A DNA stretch of 44,478 bases from Pirellulales bacterium (GTDB lineage Bacteria; Planctomycetota; Planctomycetia; Pirellulales; UBA1268): the NCBI GenBank assembly GCA_044344765.1, contig JBIJCJ010000002.1:1-44478 (forward strand), given 5' to 3'. This document shows, piece after piece, positions 34,667-42,711 of this stretch (positions within the stretch are counted from its first letter, which is position 1; every line of letters begins with the position of its first letter). The notes under the pieces were generated by a model. That model did not search any database, was not told where the DNA came from, and was given only the letters and a program-made list of their open reading frames with translations. Made by a program: the position numbers and the translations under genes.

Positions 34667-35961
34667 GTCGCCTCCTTCCGGGCCAGCACGCGGGCGGCGG
34701 ACTGCCGGTACTTCTCGGCCATCCGCGGGTCACCGCGGCGGGTGGCCAGCAGGGCCAGCGCCAGCAGCGCCTCGTCGTGCGTGGCGTCGAGGTAGAGCGT
34801 CTTGTGGAAGCAGCCTTCGGCACGGTCGAGGTCGCCGGCGGCCTGATGCAGCATGCCCATGAGGAAGAACAGCTCGGGAGCCGGCGCCAGCTGCTGCCGG
34901 CAGCGATCGCACAACTCGAGCGCCTCGGCGTGCCGCTGCTGGTTCGCGAGCGCCCCTGCTTCGGCGAGCACGTCGGCGAGCACAGGTGTCGGCTCCTCGG
35001 CCGGCGGTGCCGCGGCGGCCGGCGGGCGGGGCGGCGCCGGCGGGCGGGGCGACGCCGGCGGGCGGGGCGACGCCGGCGGTGGCCGGCGACGGGAGGCGGC
35101 TCGCGCGGTCGGCACGGCCGGCGGTGCGACGGGCCGCACGCCGCGCCGCATGGCGAACACGGCCGTGGCGCCCGCCGGCAGCCAGTCGCCTTTGAGAATC
35201 GGCGGCTCCGCCGCGCCCAGCACGACCACGCCGTCGCGGGTCAGCAGCCGGTCGAGCGCGGCCTCGACGCGACCGCGAGCCTCGGCCGTCAGGTAGATCA
35301 GCAGGTTGCGGCAGAAGATCACGTCGTAGGCCGCGCGGCCGGCCGTGAACGACTTGTCCACAACGTTGGCCTGGGAAAAGACGACGCAGTCCCGCACCGG
35401 GGCCGCGAGCACCGCCCCGCTGCCGTCCGCGGTGAACCACCGGTCGCAGAACGAGCGGTCGGCGTTGCGAAACGCGTTGGCGGAGTAGCGGCCGCGGGCG
35501 GCCCGCGCCAGCGCGACACGGCTCACGTCCACGGCGTCGATCGTGAATTGGGCGGGCGTGAGCCCGGCGTCGAGCAGCGCCATGGCGACGGAGTACGGCT
35601 CCTCGCCGCCGGCGCACGGTGCGCAGAGGATGCGGACCGGCCCGCGGCCGGGGAGGCCGGCCCGCGTCACGACGAAGTCGGCGACGAACTCGAAGACCTG
35701 CCGGTCCCGAAAGAACCAGCTCTCGCCGACGACCACCTCCTCCACGAGCAGGTCGCGTTCGCCGGCATCGCTCCGCACACGGGCCGCGTAGGCGGCCACG
35801 TCGGCCACGCCCGCTGCCGCCATGCGCGTGCGGATCGCCCGCTCCACCGCGGTCGTGCCGATCGTCGTCACGTCGAGCCCGATCCAGTCGCGCAGCACCG
35901 CTTCCACGGCAGCGACGTCCGCGTTGAGCTCCGCGCGGGGATTGACGGTGGCCCGCGTCAC
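34663..35961 (-). CDS. cheR: CheR methyltransferase fused to C-terminal TPR repeats through a Pro-rich linker (WspC-like)
   Basis: ...ESWFFRD..., ...ILCAPCAGGEEPYS..., ...DVIFCRNLLIYL..., and a C-terminal TPR region (...ALELCDRC...FFLMGMLHQAAGDLDRAEGCFHKTLYLD...). The GTG start overlaps the upstream cheW stop (GTGA). Confidence 0.85.
   Translation of the reverse strand: MTRATVNPRAELNADVAAVEAVLRDWIGLDVTTIGTTAVERAIRTRMAAAGVADVAAYAARVRSDAGERDLLVEEVVVGESWFFRDRQVFEFVADFVVTRAGLPGRGPVRILCAPCAGGEEPYSVAMALLDAGLTPAQFTIDAVDVSRVALARAARGRYSANAFRNADRSFCDRWFTADGSGAVLAAPVRDCVVFSQANVVDKSFTAGRAAYDVIFCRNLLIYLTAEARGRVEAALDRLLTRDGVVVLGAAEPPILKGDWLPAGATAVFAMRRGVRPVAPPAVPTARAASRRRPPPASPRPPASPRPPAPPRPPAAAAPPAEEPTPVLADVLAEAGALANQQRHAEALELCDRCRQQLAPAPELFFLMGMLHQAAGDLDRAEGCFHKTLYLDATHDEALLALALLATRRGDPRMAEKYRQSAARVLARKEAT
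35019..35078. repeat. about 3.3 copies of an 18-bp tandem repeat inside cheR, encoding the (P-P-x-S/P-P-R) linker
   Basis: ccggcgggcggggcg(g/a)cg is repeated head to tail. On the minus strand this encodes ASPRPPASPRPPAPPRPP. Confidence 0.7.
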
Positions 35962-36431
35962 GGCGTCGCCTCCCCGGCCGGCGCGGGAAACAGGCCGGCC
36001 GCCAGGTCCGCAGGCAGGAGGCGATCGACGTCGACGACCTGCATCGTGCGGCCGTCGATGCGGAGGAGGCGGCCCAGGAAGGGGGCGGACTCGAGGGCGA
36101 GCGCCGGCAGCGACGTCTCGGCCCGCTCCGCGGCGACGATCGAGATCACGTTTTCCCCGACCAGGCCCAGGCGGGCCGGCCGGCCCTCGCCCGGCGGGAG
36201 ATATTCGACCACGATCACGCGGGTGCTGAGCCGCTCCTCCAGGGCGACGTCGTTCAGCCGCCGGCCCAGGTCGACGAGCGGCACCAGGCTCCCGCGATAG
36301 GTGAACACGCCGCGCACGTAGCCGGGCGTGTGCGGAATCGGCCGGGCCGGCACGAGCGGCAGCACTTCGACGACGCGGCGCGACTCGATCGCGTAGGACT
36401 CGCCCGCCACGGTGAAGGTCAGGAGTTGCAT
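35958..36431 (-). CDS. cheW: CheW coupling protein (WspB position)
   Basis: MQLLTFTVAGESYAIESRRVVEVL...GVFTYRGSLVPLVDL.. is a canonical CheW. Confidence 0.85.
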   Translation of the reverse strand: MQLLTFTVAGESYAIESRRVVEVLPLVPARPIPHTPGYVRGVFTYRGSLVPLVDLGRRLNDVALEERLSTRVIVVEYLPPGEGRPARLGLVGENVISIVAAERAETSLPALALESAPFLGRLLRIDGRTMQVVDVDRLLPADLAAGLFPAPAGEATP

Positions 36432-36451
36432 GGCCGGCGCCCCTCCGGGGT

Positions 36452-38485
36452 TCAGATCGTGAACCGGGAGACTTCCTCCTTCAGGTCGCCGACCGCCCCG
36501 CGCAGGTGGATCGTGGCCTTGTTGAAATCGTCGAGGGACGAGGCCGTGCGCGAGGCGCCCTCCGCCAGGCGGATCATCGCCTCGCGGATCTGTTCGGCGC
36601 CCTGGGACTGGGCCCGCATGCCCTCCGTGACCTGGCCGAAGCGGCCGGAGATGCCCTGCACGGCCGCGATGATCTCGCCGAGCTTGGTGCCGATGTCGCC
36701 GATCTCGCGGACGCCGGCCCGCACCTGCTCGGCGAACTTGTCCATCTCCATGACCCCGGCGGAGACGCTGTATTGCATCTCCTTGACCATCCGTTCGATG
36801 TCGAGGGAGGCGACGGCGGTCTGGTCGGCGAGCCGGCGGATCTCCCGGGCCACGACCAGAAAACCGAGGCCGTATTCGCCCGCCTTCTCGGCCTCGATGG
36901 CGGCGTTGATCGACAGCAGGTTGGTCTGGTCGGCCACCTTGGTGATCGTCGTCACGGCGAGGTTGATGTTGGCCGCCCGCTCGCTGATGACGGCGAGTTT
37001 CGCGCCGAACGACGACGTGCTCTCGGCGAGCTGCCGCATCGTGCCGTCCATCGTGCCGAGACTCACCCGGCCGTCGGCCGCCATGCGGCCGGTGTGGCCC
37101 GCCATGTCGTTGACCTCGGTCATCGTCCGCAGCAGCTCCTGGCTGGTGACGGAGATCTGCTTGACGGCGGCCACGGCCTGGCTCGTCGAGGCGCCATAGT
37201 CGGAGATCACCTGCTGCTGCTCGCTGGCGGTGGCCTGGATCGCCGTGGCCGTCGAGATCAACGCCACGCTCGACCGCTGGATCCGCCCGATGAGCCCGCG
37301 AAGGTCGTTGGTCATGGTTTGGATCGCCGTCAGCAGGGCGCCGGTCTCGTCGTCGGTGGTCGCGGCGACGTCGGCCCGCAGGTCGCCGCCGGCCACCTGC
37401 CTGGCGACGGCAACGGCCGTGCGGATCGGGTTGGAGATCGTGCGGGCGACGACCAGTGCCGCGAGCGTGACGCCCACGATCGTGGCCAGCGACAGGCCGA
37501 TGATGGCGGCCCGCTGGAACCGGACCAGCCCGAAGGCCTCGCGGGCGTCCTGCTTGACGGCGAGGCCCCAGCGGAAGCTGGGCACGTAGCACCAGGCCGC
37601 GGCGACCTCCTGCCCACGGTAGTCGCGGACCGTGCCGTAGCCCCGGTCGCCGCTGGCGGCGGCCTGCGTCGCCTTCGCCTGGTCGGAGCCGATGGGAATC
37701 TGCATCCGGAAGGCGGCGTCGGGGGCGTGCCGCAGCGGCGTGGTCACGAGCACGGCGTTGCCGGTGAGCTGGCCGGCGACGATCTCGCCGGTCTCGCCCA
37801 GGCCGGTCAGGTCCGACAGCGTGCGCCAGATCCGCTCGGGACCCAGGCCCAGGGCGACCACGCCGATCACCCGGCCGCCGGCGAACACGGGGCAGGTCAC
37901 GAAGGCCAGCGGCTGCGCCGCCTTGCCGTAGTTCTGGAAGCCCGAGAGGTCGGACTGGAGCAGCGTTCGCGCCCGATCGAATCCGGCGGCGAGCTCGGAA
38001 GCGGCGAGGCCGCCGCCGAGGATCTGCGTGTCCGGCGGGATCGAGTCGTCGAGGGCGTAGACGACTCGGCCGGTGGTGTCGATGAGCAACAACTGCTCGT
38101 AGCCGTAGGCGGTGGCGACGTAACTGAAATACGAGTCGAAATCGTCGCCCAGGGGTGCCAGCCGAGCCCGCCGTTCGCCCGGGCCCGCGGCCTTGGTCGC
38201 CGCCGAGAGCTCCTGCATCGCCCGCACGAACGTCGGCCCGCGGGCCAGCGCCGAGCCGTCCCGCACCCGCTCGCTCGCGTAGGCCTCGAGCTCCCCGGCC
38301 TTCGCCGCCGCGATCTGCACGAGGTTGTCGCGCACCGCGGCCTCGAGGGCTGTGGCCGCGATCCGGGCCGTGATCACGGTGAGGATGGCGCACGGAATGA
38401 GGGCGATGACGAGGAACCAGAAGAGCAGCCGGCCAGCGATCGACCGCTGCATCGGCCTGTTGTCGGGCGCCGTGGTGGCGTTCAT
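36452..38485 (-). CDS. methyl-accepting chemotaxis protein with a periplasmic double-Cache-like sensor and HAMP (WspA position)
   Basis: TM1, a ~270 aa periplasmic domain, TM2, HAMP, and an MA domain (...[39 protein letters not shown]...). The ATG at 38485 overlaps the upstream stop (ATGA). Confidence 0.85.
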   Translation of the reverse strand: MNATTAPDNRPMQRSIAGRLLFWFLVIALIPCAILTVITARIAATALEAAVRDNLVQIAAAKAGELEAYASERVRDGSALARGPTFVRAMQELSAATKAAGPGERRARLAPLGDDFDSYFSYVATAYGYEQLLLIDTTGRVVYALDDSIPPDTQILGGGLAASELAAGFDRARTLLQSDLSGFQNYGKAAQPLAFVTCPVFAGGRVIGVVALGLGPERIWRTLSDLTGLGETGEIVAGQLTGNAVLVTTPLRHAPDAAFRMQIPIGSDQAKATQAAASGDRGYGTVRDYRGQEVAAAWCYVPSFRWGLAVKQDAREAFGLVRFQRAAIIGLSLATIVGVTLAALVVARTISNPIRTAVAVARQVAGGDLRADVAATTDDETGALLTAIQTMTNDLRGLIGRIQRSSVALISTATAIQATASEQQQVISDYGASTSQAVAAVKQISVTSQELLRTMTEVNDMAGHTGRMAADGRVSLGTMDGTMRQLAESTSSFGAKLAVISERAANINLAVTTITKVADQTNLLSINAAIEAEKAGEYGLGFLVVAREIRRLADQTAVASLDIERMVKEMQYSVSAGVMEMDKFAEQVRAGVREIGDIGTKLGEIIAAVQGISGRFGQVTEGMRAQSQGAEQIREAMIRLAEGASRTASSLDDFNKATIHLRGAVGDLKEEVSRFTI

Positions 38486-39828
38486 CGTCGGCCTCCCCCC
38501 GCATCCGTGGCCGCGCCCACGGGGTTGGACCAGCGGCCGCCCCAGCCGCGATACAGGTCGGCCACGAACGTCTCCCATTCCGATCGCGACCGGGAGATCG
38601 GGAACGGTACGGGCCGGACCGCCGTGCGGCTGCTCCAGACGACGTCGAACTGGCCGTCGCCGCGGATCTTGCCGATGAACACAGGCCGCCAGGTGTGCTG
38701 CGTCTCGGGGTCGACGGCGATGATCCCTTCGGGGGCGTTGCGGCTCTGGTGGCGGAGGGCAGTGCGCACCTGGCGGACGTCCGTCGTGCCGGCCTCGCGG
38801 ACGGCCTGGGCCCAGAGGTGCACGCTGTTGTAGGCCGCGGCAATGACGTCCGAGGTCGTGCGGTCGGCGCCGTAGCGGGCCTTGAATTTCCGCACGAAGG
38901 CGAGGTTTTCGGGCCGTTCCAGGCTCTGGAAGTAGCACCACGCGGCGTAGTTGCCGAGCATGTCTCCCGCCGGCAGGTCGCGGACCTCGTCCTCCGCCAT
39001 CGAGAAGGTGACCACGGGAATCTTTTCCGGGCGGACGCCGGCCTCGCGCAGGCCGCGGGCGAACGCGACCCCGGAATCGCCGGCCACCGAGCTGAGGATC
39101 ACGTCGGGGGCGGCGGCCATGATGCGGCGGACGACGTCGGCGACATCGCGGCCGCCGAACGGCACGTAGGCTTCTCCGACGACTTCCGCGCCGAAGCCCT
39201 TGATCTGATCGGCGGCGATTGCGTTGACGCAGTGCGGCCAGATGTAGTCCGAGCCGACGAGAAAAAAGCGGCGGGCGCCGAGCGTGTCGTGGCACCATTG
39301 CACCGCTGGGGTGATCTGCTGGTTGGGTGCGGCCCCGGTGTAGACGATGTTCGGCGACTGCTCCAGTCCCTCGTACGCCATCGGATAGACCAGCAGATGG
39401 TCGTGGGATTCCACCACGGGGAGCACGCTCTTGCGGCTGGCGCTCGTCCAACACCCGACGATGACGGCGACCCGCTGTTCCACGAGTCGCTCGGCCTCGC
39501 GGGCGAACGTCGGCGGGTCGGACGCCCCGTCGGCCACCACCCAGCGGACGGGCCGGCCGAGGAGACCGCCGGCGGCGTTGATCTCCTCGAGGGCCAAGAC
39601 CTCCGCGTCGATCATCGATCGTTCGCTGACCGCCATCGGCCCGGTGCGGGAGTGCAGCAGGCCGATCACGATCGGCCGCCGATTCACGAGGAAGCGGTCG
39701 ATGCCGAACCAGGCGGCCGCCGCGGCCGCGAGCACGGCCGTCAAGCCGATCCAGCGCCACCAGTGCCGCCAGAAGCGGGGCGCCGGTGCCGGCGCGTCAT
39801 GCGCGGGCGACAGGATGATGTCTCTCAT
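38482..39828 (-). CDS. membrane-anchored type-I periplasmic binding protein, AmiC/UrtA (amide/urea)-like
   Basis: An N-terminal TM anchor, then ...[38 protein letters not shown]...DGASD...[17 protein letters not shown]...YPMAYEG...YTGAAPNQQ.... The alternative start is at 39870. Confidence 0.75.
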   Translation of the reverse strand: MRDIILSPAHDAPAPAPRFWRHWWRWIGLTAVLAAAAAAWFGIDRFLVNRRPIVIGLLHSRTGPMAVSERSMIDAEVLALEEINAAGGLLGRPVRWVVADGASDPPTFAREAERLVEQRVAVIVGCWTSASRKSVLPVVESHDHLLVYPMAYEGLEQSPNIVYTGAAPNQQITPAVQWCHDTLGARRFFLVGSDYIWPHCVNAIAADQIKGFGAEVVGEAYVPFGGRDVADVVRRIMAAAPDVILSSVAGDSGVAFARGLREAGVRPEKIPVVTFSMAEDEVRDLPAGDMLGNYAAWCYFQSLERPENLAFVRKFKARYGADRTTSDVIAAAYNSVHLWAQAVREAGTTDVRQVRTALRHQSRNAPEGIIAVDPETQHTWRPVFIGKIRGDGQFDVVWSSRTAVRPVPFPISRSRSEWETFVADLYRGWGGRWSNPVGAATDAGGGRR

Positions 39829-39913
39829 GGGCACGCTGCAGGCACGCCGGGCCGCGAAGGGAAAAGGCAACGCCTCAATCTTTGCCCATCTTTCCCGACC
39901 GGGCGAACGACCG

Positions 39914-39943
39914 GGGGTGGAAAAATCGGCTTTTTTCCACCCC
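39914..39943. promoter_or_regulatory. perfect 12-bp-arm palindrome in the divergent intergenic region (candidate operator/UAS)
   Basis: ggggtggaaaaa tcggct tttttccacccc. It lies between the start of the che operon and the start of the sigma-54 activator gene. Confidence 0.5.
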
Positions 39944-40126
39944 TTCGTGCGAGGGGGGCGCGTCGCCGGGGGCTTGAAAATGGTCCGTGTGCTGGCTGCC
40001 GTTTTCGGCGTGGTGTATCTTTCAGGGGTGAGTTCAGTCGGGGGCTAACGCATTCGGGGCCGGTGTGCACGCCGGTTGGAATGCCGTGATGATCGGTCTG
40101 CGACGCGGAAGGACGGGCGTTCGCGC

Positions 40127-41266
40127 ATGGGTTCGATGGCAGGCAGCATGGCGGCGGAGACGGCGATTCAGCGAATCGTCGGTGTGTCGCCATGGTCTGA
40201 CCAGGTGCGGCGATCGATCGAATTGGTGGCGGCCCACCACTCCAGCGTGCTCATCATGGGCCCCAGCGGCACGGGCAAGGAATTGATCGCCCGGGCGGTC
40301 CACGCCTGCAGCCCCCGCGCCCAGCGGCCCTTCATTCCCGTCGATTGTGCCGTCACCACCGGTACGCTGTTTGCGAGCCACATGTTCGGGCACGTCAAGG
40401 GCTCGTTCACCGGGGCCACGTCGTCGACGCTGGGCTGCTTTCGCGCCGCCGACGGCGGCACCATTTTTCTCGACGAAATCGGGGAGATGGAACTCGAGCT
40501 GCAGGCCAAACTCCTGCGGGTCCTGCAGCAGCGAACCGTCGTCCCGGTCGGCAGCCACCAGGAGGTCCCGGTGGACGTGCGGGTGCTCGCCGCGACCAAC
40601 CGGGAGCTTTCGCGGGAGGTGGCGGAGGGGCGGTTTCGCGAGGACCTCTTCTACCGGCTCAACGTCGTCGCCATCCAGACGCTGCCGCTCCGCGAGCGGA
40701 CCGAGGACGTGCCCGTGCTCGCGGCCCGGTACCTGGCCGAACTGGCCGCCCGCCACGGCATGCCGCTGTGCACCCTTTCGCCGACCGCGATCGACGTGCT
40801 CCAATCGTATTCCTGGCCGGGCAACGTCCGCGAATTGGAGAACGTGCTGGAGCGGGCGGTGATGTTCTCGTCCGGTGACGAGATCGATCCCGATGCGCTC
40901 GGCGGCCTGATGGGAACGCGGCCCGCGGCCGAGCCGTCGACGGGCGCCGCCCAGCTCGCGGTGGCGGCCAGCCGGGGTATCGTTTCCGCCACGCCGCTGT
41001 CTGGCGTCTATCGAGTGGAGCCGCGGATTCAGCCGGCGCCGAAAGCCGCCGCACCGGCTCCCGCGGAGGCCGGTACGACAGACGTCTGGCCCACGCTCGC
41101 GGACGTGGAGCGAATGCACCTGGAGCGGACGCTGACCGCCACCATGCAGAACAAGTCACTGGCCGCGAAGATGCTGGGCATCGATCGCTCCGTGCTGCGG
41201 CGGAAACTGCAGCGGTACGGACTCGACGAATCGGGCATCCAGTCGGGCGACGGCGGGGATTCCTGA
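40127..41266 (+). CDS. sigma-54-dependent transcriptional activator (AAA+ plus Fis-type HTH) lacking any N-terminal sensory or receiver domain
   Basis: Walker A GPSGTGKE, sigma-54 contact loop GSFTGA (a GAFTGA variant), Walker B IFLDEIG, ...WPGNVRELEN..., and a C-terminal HTH KSLAAKMLGIDRSVLRRKLQRYGL. Only about 15 aa precede the AAA+ core. TTG at 40076 is the alternative start. Confidence 0.85.
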   Translation: MGSMAGSMAAETAIQRIVGVSPWSDQVRRSIELVAAHHSSVLIMGPSGTGKELIARAVHACSPRAQRPFIPVDCAVTTGTLFASHMFGHVKGSFTGATSSTLGCFRAADGGTIFLDEIGEMELELQAKLLRVLQQRTVVPVGSHQEVPVDVRVLAATNRELSREVAEGRFREDLFYRLNVVAIQTLPLRERTEDVPVLAARYLAELAARHGMPLCTLSPTAIDVLQSYSWPGNVRELENVLERAVMFSSGDEIDPDALGGLMGTRPAAEPSTGAAQLAVAASRGIVSATPLSGVYRVEPRIQPAPKAAAPAPAEAGTTDVWPTLADVERMHLERTLTATMQNKSLAAKMLGIDRSVLRRKLQRYGLDESGIQSGDGGDS

Positions 41267-41271
41267 GCCGT

Positions 41272-42126
41272 TCAGCCGGCGCGGGCGCGGAAGGCCGCGA
41301 CGCTCGCGTCGTCGTCGGGGACGCGGAGCCGCAGGGTGGCCGAGGGCGGCGCCCGCCGCTCCTGCGAGAAGCCGCGGCTCCCGCCGGCGAGGAACTCCCG
41401 CAGATGCGCCACCGGGGCGGCGTCGAACTCGGCCCGCAGGGCGTCGAGCACGTCCTTCCAGGGCAGGCCCCGGCGGTAGATCGTGCGGTAGGCCGACTTG
41501 AGGGTGGCGATGTCCTCCGCAGAGTGCCCACTCCGCCGCAGGCCGACGATGTTGAGCCCGACGATGCAGCCGCTTTGGCCGTCGAGGAGCATATAGGGAG
41601 GCACGTCCTGCACCACGCGGGCGTGGCCACCGACCATCGCCAGCCGGCCGACCCGGCAGAACTGGTGGACCGCCACCGCCCCTGACACGAACGCCCGATC
41701 CTCGACGGTGACATGGCCGCCGAGCAGGGCGGCGTTCGCGAAGATGCAGTTGTTGCCGACGACACAGTCGTGGCCGAAGTGCGCGCCGGCCATGACGTAA
41801 TTGTGATTGCCCACGGCCGTCACGGTGCCCGGCTTCAGGGCCCGATGCACGGTCGCGTATTCGCGAAACACGTTGTGGTCGCCGATCCGCACGCCGCCGA
41901 TGTCCTCGGGCCGGGCCACATGCTGCGGCGCGCCGCCGATCACCGCATGCTCGCCGAACTCGTTGTGGCAGCCCGCCCGCACGCCCGACTTTACGACGGC
42001 GCCGCTGGCGACAGAGCAGAAGTCGCCGAGTTCGACGTCCGCCTCGATCGTCGCAAACGGGGCCACTCGCACGCCCACCCCGAGGCGGGCATCCGGACTC
42101 ACGACCGCCAACGGATGGATGCTCAC
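41272..42126 (-). CDS. lpxA: acyl-ACP--UDP-N-acetylglucosamine O-acyltransferase
   Basis: IHPLAVVSPDARLG... followed by hexapeptide repeats and the C-terminal helical domain (...GLNIVGLRRSG.S.EDI..LK.AYR.IYR..L). I chose the GTG at 42126. The ATG at 42180 is the alternative. Confidence 0.85.
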   Translation of the reverse strand: MSIHPLAVVSPDARLGVGVRVAPFATIEADVELGDFCSVASGAVVKSGVRAGCHNEFGEHAVIGGAPQHVARPEDIGGVRIGDHNVFREYATVHRALKPGTVTAVGNHNYVMAGAHFGHDCVVGNNCIFANAALLGGHVTVEDRAFVSGAVAVHQFCRVGRLAMVGGHARVVQDVPPYMLLDGQSGCIVGLNIVGLRRSGHSAEDIATLKSAYRTIYRRGLPWKDVLDALRAEFDAAPVAHLREFLAGGSRGFSQERRAPPSATLRLRVPDDDASVAAFRARAG

Positions 42127-42377
42127 ACGCTGCCTTTCGGGGATCCCTCGGGCCGGGGGCGGCGGAAAACCGCCGCTCATCCGCCGGTGCGACGGGAGCC
42201 GGGGAGGGTTATCGGCCCGACCGGACCCCGGATTCAATGCCAGTTTCGCGGCGGCGCGACACCTTGCCTGGCCTGCCTGGTCTGGGCAGAGTCCGCCGCC
42301 GCCCATCCCCTTTCCGCTGCCAGTCGCTACACTGCCCCACCGACTGCGAAGGTGCGCGGGCGAGGAGGTGCCCCACG

Positions 42378-42695
42378 ATGACGACACGGGAAGAACGGTA
42401 CGAGGCGGCCGAGGCGCTGAAGAACGCGGGCGACCTGGCGGGGGCGGTTGCAGCGCTCGAGGGGGTGGTGGCCGCGGATCCCGACTACCCGCTCGCGCAT
42501 TCGGCACTGGCGGCGTGGTGCACGCGGCTCGAGCGTCATGACGAGGCGATCCGCCACGCCCGCCGGGTCTGCGAACTCGAGCCGAACGACCCGTTCAGCT
42601 ACACCGCATTGAGCGTGGCCTGCATGCGGGGCGGCCGGATCGCCGAGGCCGAGGACGCGCTTGCCAGGTCGCGGATGCTTCAGGGCGGTCACTGA
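42378..42695 (+). CDS. small TPR-repeat protein (105 aa)
   Basis: MTTREERYEAAEALKNAGDLAGAVAALEGVVAADPDYPLAH... contains 2-3 TPR-like helix pairs. Confidence 0.55.
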   Translation: MTTREERYEAAEALKNAGDLAGAVAALEGVVAADPDYPLAHSALAAWCTRLERHDEAIRHARRVCELEPNDPFSYTALSVACMRGGRIAEAEDALARSRMLQGGH

Positions 42696-42711
42696 CCCTG
42701 GCCGCCGCGGA

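Noticed and set aside
39829-40126. A sigma-54 (-24/-12) promoter for the che operon or for the activator gene. TGGCTG-N5-TTCG near 39993 is one example.
   Set aside because: Only half-matches to TGGCAC-N5-TTGC were found by eye, and none lies in the correct orientation upstream of the che operon. This is too weak to call without a scoring matrix.
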